Assembly: GCA_047615735.1 (NCBI GenBank)
Contig: JBLHHU010000003.1
Coordinates: forward strand, 1-41,787
Source: Kiritimatiellia bacterium
GTDB taxonomy: Bacteria; Verrucomicrobiota; Kiritimatiellia; UBA8416; JAIOPI01
Direction of reading: 5' to 3'
Length of the DNA stretch: 41,787 bases
The notes under the pieces are model-generated. The model made no database searches. It was not told where the DNA came from and saw nothing but the letters and a program-made list of their open reading frames with translations. Made by a program: the position numbers and the translations under genes. Each line of letters starts with the position of its first letter. The first letter of the stretch is position 1. Positions 38,573 to 41,787 of the stretch are shown here, piece by piece.

Positions 38573-39973
38573 ATGGCCAAGATCACGTTCATGGGTGCGG
38601 GTAGCACTGTTTTCGCGAAGAACATTCTGGGCGATGCGCTCTGCGTCCCTGAGTTGCAGGATTTCGAAATTGCGTTGTACGACATTGACGCGCAGCGGCT
38701 CAAAGAATCCCGGCGAATGATGACCGTGATTAATCGAAACGTCGCGGGTGGAAAAGCTAAAATCACGGCACATCATGGCGTGAAAGCTCGCCGCGCGGCA
38801 CTTCGGGGCGCTGATTTCGTTGTTAACGCAATTCAGATCGGTGGCTACGAACCATCGACGGTGATTGATTTTGAAATTCCAAAAAAGTACGGCTTGCGCC
38901 AGACCATTGGTGACACGCTGGGAATTGGTGGCATTTTTCGAAACCTACGCACGATTCCTGTAGTGATGGACTTTGTCCGTGACATGGAGGCGGTCTGCCC
39001 AGACGCGTTACTGCTCAATTATACGAATCCGATGGCTGCCATTACGGGCGCTGTACTCGAGTCGAGTAGCATTCGAAGTGTCGGGCTATGCCACTCGGTG
39101 CAGGCGTGTGTGCCGTGGTTGCTGCGCATGGTCGGCATGGATGAATATCGAGATTCAGCGAAATGGAATATCGCGGGCATCAATCACCAGGCTTGGTTGC
39201 TCGATATCCAAGCCGATGGTAAGACGCTGTATCCGGAAATCAAAAAGCGGATCAAATCGTTGATGCGTGAAATTCAAAAAGAGGGGGCTGCCAACGTGGT
39301 CGCTCGCATTCAGAAACGAAAGCTCAAGCACCCGGGAAAGATTCCGGAATGGCTCATCGTGCAAGACATGGTCAGGCTCTCGGTGATGGACTACTTCGGT
39401 TATTACACGACGGAATCCTCAGAGCATATGTCTGAATATGTGCCTTGGTTCATCAAGCGAACGCATCCCGAGTTGATCGACGCATTCAATATTCCCCTCG
39501 ACGAATATCCGCGTCGCTGCGTGAATCAGATAAGCGCGTGGAAAACGCGTAGTAAAGACCTGCTTAAAGATTCCAGTTTGGGTCACACGCGTACGCATGA
39601 ATACGGGTCTTACATTATGGAGGCGATCGTGACCAACCGTCCGGCACGCATTCATGGTAATGTGTTGAACACGGGCCTCATCACCAATCTGCCGTCGCGG
39701 GCTTGCGTCGAGGTCGCGTGCCTGGTTGACCGCAACGGCGTCCAACCATGTCATGTTGGTGATTTGCCGGAACAGTGTGCTGCGCTCAATCGCACCAATA
39801 TCAATGTTCATCTGATGTCCATCGATGCCGCCCTCAAAGGCAGCAAGGACCACGTCTATCAGGCTGCAGCGCTTGATCCGCACACGGCCGCGGAGTTAAG
39901 CTTGGATGAGATCCGCCGTTTATGTAATGATTTGATACGTGCGCACGGGGATATGATTCCCAAACTTAGGTAG
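38573..39973 (+). CDS. Family 4 glycoside hydrolase (alpha-galactosidase/alpha-glucosidase, MelA-like)
   Basis: KITFMGAGS, QTIGDT, NYTNP, GLCH, GINH and TESSEH. SD AAGGAG. Confidence 0.93.
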   Translation: MAKITFMGAGSTVFAKNILGDALCVPELQDFEIALYDIDAQRLKESRRMMTVINRNVAGGKAKITAHHGVKARRAALRGADFVVNAIQIGGYEPSTVIDFEIPKKYGLRQTIGDTLGIGGIFRNLRTIPVVMDFVRDMEAVCPDALLLNYTNPMAAITGAVLESSSIRSVGLCHSVQACVPWLLRMVGMDEYRDSAKWNIAGINHQAWLLDIQADGKTLYPEIKKRIKSLMREIQKEGAANVVARIQKRKLKHPGKIPEWLIVQDMVRLSVMDYFGYYTTESSEHMSEYVPWFIKRTHPELIDAFNIPLDEYPRRCVNQISAWKTRSKDLLKDSSLGHTRTHEYGSYIMEAIVTNRPARIHGNVLNTGLITNLPSRACVEVACLVDRNGVQPCHVGDLPEQCAALNRTNINVHLMSIDAALKGSKDHVYQAAALDPHTAAELSLDEIRRLCNDLIRAHGDMIPKLR

Positions 39974-39994
39974 CGACACGGCAGAGGTATCTAA

Positions 39995-40684
39995 ATGGAA
40001 GTATTGATCGGAATTCTTGTTGGTTTGGTCGTCGCGCTTGTGGGCGTGTTGGCCTTGCGTCGTCGGAATGCTTCGGACGGTAAATCGACCCAAATCCTCT
40101 CATCCATCGAAGAAATGCGTTCGGTCGGCGAGCTTTCCGTCTATAAAGTCTTCACGAAAGAAATCGTCACCAGTTCGCAGCACGCCTTTGGCGATGTTGG
40201 GAAGAAGTTCTTCCAGTGGGTCGTCTCGACCAACAAGATGGCGATGATTTTCAGTTTCGAAATCGACTTTCGTTACAATTTGCAGAGTCCTGAATTTCGT
40301 ATCACTGAGCAATCGGAGGGCGTCTACCACCTGCGCATGCCCAAATGTTTCTACGAGACCTACATCAAAGACATTCAGATCTACGATGAAAAGAAGGCGA
40401 CTGTGATGCCGTGGCTTTTGCCGGGCGTGCTGCACGGCGTCTTTGGTCCCGGGTTCAATGAAGAGGATAAGAACAACCTGATTGATGCGGCCAAACAACA
40501 TGCCTCTGTTCAGGCCAAGGCGTTGGTTGATCGTATGAGTTCCGAAGTGCACGGATCCGCACGCCAGACGCTCGAGGCACTTGCGCGCGGATTCGGCGCC
40601 AGTCGTGTCACCTTTGATTTTCAGGATGCCGAGTTGGTCGAAAGCAAAATCGAATACGATTCCAGTCAGGGCGAAGCGGCCTGA
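39995..40684 (+). CDS. DUF4230-like membrane-anchored protein
   Basis: N-terminal TM, then SVGELSV…KEIV, MIFSFEIDFRYNL and a terminal ARQTLEALARGFG…VTF pattern. Confidence 0.65.
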   Translation: MEVLIGILVGLVVALVGVLALRRRNASDGKSTQILSSIEEMRSVGELSVYKVFTKEIVTSSQHAFGDVGKKFFQWVVSTNKMAMIFSFEIDFRYNLQSPEFRITEQSEGVYHLRMPKCFYETYIKDIQIYDEKKATVMPWLLPGVLHGVFGPGFNEEDKNNLIDAAKQHASVQAKALVDRMSSEVHGSARQTLEALARGFGASRVTFDFQDAELVESKIEYDSSQGEAA

Positions 40685-41009
40685 TTTTTGTCGACGAATC
40701 CGTCGGCGTTCCCCGCGTGCTTGATCTGGTCATCGCCAGTAGCGTCAGTCTGCGCGAAGCATTTCTTGAAAAGTGGAGTCCAAAGAGGTTGACCCAATTG
40801 CCTCGCTCTTGTTTGTGTAATACATCGACGCCTTCGAGCGCATCGTGAAGCATGGTAAGTCGATTGCGCTTGCCGAAAAGAAACCAGATTTTTGGATCAA
40901 GCACAGAAAACTTGACCGCGTTGTGGATGCGCAGGCGAATGTTGTTATTCACGAACTTGGCGAGGCGCAGGATTTTCTCGATCGCCTGCAAGAGGGCACG
41001 CTCCGCTAG
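40684..41009 (+). pseudogene. Decayed 3' fragment of a gene resembling the C-terminal PhoU domain of Na/Pi cotransporters
   Basis: …SLREAFLEK, then a 1-nt frameshift at ~40773, then VESKEVDPIASLLFV*(TAA 40818)YIDAFERIVKHGKSIALAEKKPDFWIK…TLR* (TAG 41007-41009). No 5' portion or start. Confidence 0.5.
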
Positions 41010-41787
41010 TCCCTGGAAACGCCACGGCGATCTTCAAGTATCGCCCTTTCGAGTACGTTGTAGCGATCAATGACTTTGCGGACGTAGGCGCGTTTCTCAT
41101 TGTAGCTGCCAGGGAAGAAGCTTCCCTTGAAGCCAGCAATGACCATGTTGCGTAGTTGGCGGGGTGTGACGTCGAACGCCTTGACTACAATGTCGAGTTC
41201 ATCTGAAACAGTCGTGTTCGACACAAGGCGGTTGTCGGTGCAAATGGAAATCGACAGGTTGTGGTCCAGCATCTGTCTCAGTGAGTGTCCGGACGGCGAC
41301 GTCAAGTGGGGCATTGTTTGCATGTTGCTGGTGAGGCAAACTTCAATCGTTATGCGCTGATTGGCAATGTAGTTGCCCAGACGCCGCACGTACATGTGCG
41401 GGTCCTCAATTTCGTCGTCGACGATCTTGTCATGTTCAAAGAGCAGGGTGCCGTGGCCAATGCGGTTGGCAAAACATTGGGTAATGGCTTGAAATACGGA
41501 TTCCGGTCCGTAAGCCTCGCCCGCATGCACCGTCTTGTGTAGGAAATTTTCATGTGCCGTAAGAAAGGCTTCGCGGTGGTCGGCAGCTGGAAAGCCGCGC
41601 TCAGCGCCAGCCAGATCGAAACCGACGATGGGTAGCCCGGTTTTATTGCGTACGCTGATTGCTTCACGCACGAGTTCCGTAGAGGCCGTGGCGTAGACCT
41701 GTTTCGGGGCGCTCTGCGGAAGCACGCTCAAAAGACTCGCATAATAGGTGCCCATGTGTTCGTTGAACGATCGCAAAGCGCAGACGA
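41006..41787 (-). CDS. add: Adenosine deaminase family protein, 5' end outside the window
   Basis: VCALR, GFDLAGAE, TVHAGE, RIGHG, IEVCLTSN and ICTDN. The frame is open to the window edge. Confidence 0.9.
   Translation of the reverse strand, partial: VCALRSFNEHMGTYYASLLSVLPQSAPKQVYATASTELVREAISVRNKTGLPIVGFDLAGAERGFPAADHREAFLTAHENFLHKTVHAGEAYGPESVFQAITQCFANRIGHGTLLFEHDKIVDDEIEDPHMYVRRLGNYIANQRITIEVCLTSNMQTMPHLTSPSGHSLRQMLDHNLSISICTDNRLVSNTTVSDELDIVVKAFDVTPRQLRNMVIAGFKGSFFPGSYNEKRAYVRKVIDRYNVLERAILEDRRGVSRD

Noticed and set aside
40608-40991. 127-aa minus-strand ORF as a real gene
   Set aside because: It is the codon-for-codon antisense of the more protein-like plus-strand remnant and overlaps the DUF4230-like gene.

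Overview
This ~42 kb window is gene-dense bacterial chromosome of moderately high GC. The gene content (RpiB-GlyA fusion, zinc-ribbon membrane Ser/Thr kinase, type-2 IleRS) suggests a PVC-superphylum organism such as Verrucomicrobiota/Kiritimatiellia; this is an inference. The left half is mostly housekeeping: rluD, lgt, a large Ser/Thr kinase, a minus-strand run purD-purE-(S41 pseudo-protease)-tsaC-LMW phosphatase-rpiB::glyA-DUF721, divergent purB-purM-(cation/H+ antiporter::PTS-IIA), ilvD, a YceH-family gene, an orphan polysaccharide-export protein, ileS, moaA and metF. The right half holds a tightly packed ~12 kb plus-strand run (26216-38475). It contains an MlaE permease, an ABC subunit lacking its ATPase motifs, an MCE protein and a TPR lipoprotein. 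These are followed by an SH3b protein, an M48 peptidase lipoprotein, a CHASE2 adenylate cyclase and an MBL-fold hydrolase, and then MoxR, DUF58 and a transglutaminase. The SH3b-M48-cyclase-MBL block is the best candidate for an uncharacterised envelope-sensing cyclic-nucleotide system. The window ends with a GH4 glycosidase, a DUF4230-like gene, a probable decayed PhoU-domain gene fragment and a truncated adenosine deaminase. I recognised no rRNA, tRNA, CRISPR array or mobile element. All family calls come from reading motifs by eye; no database search was run.
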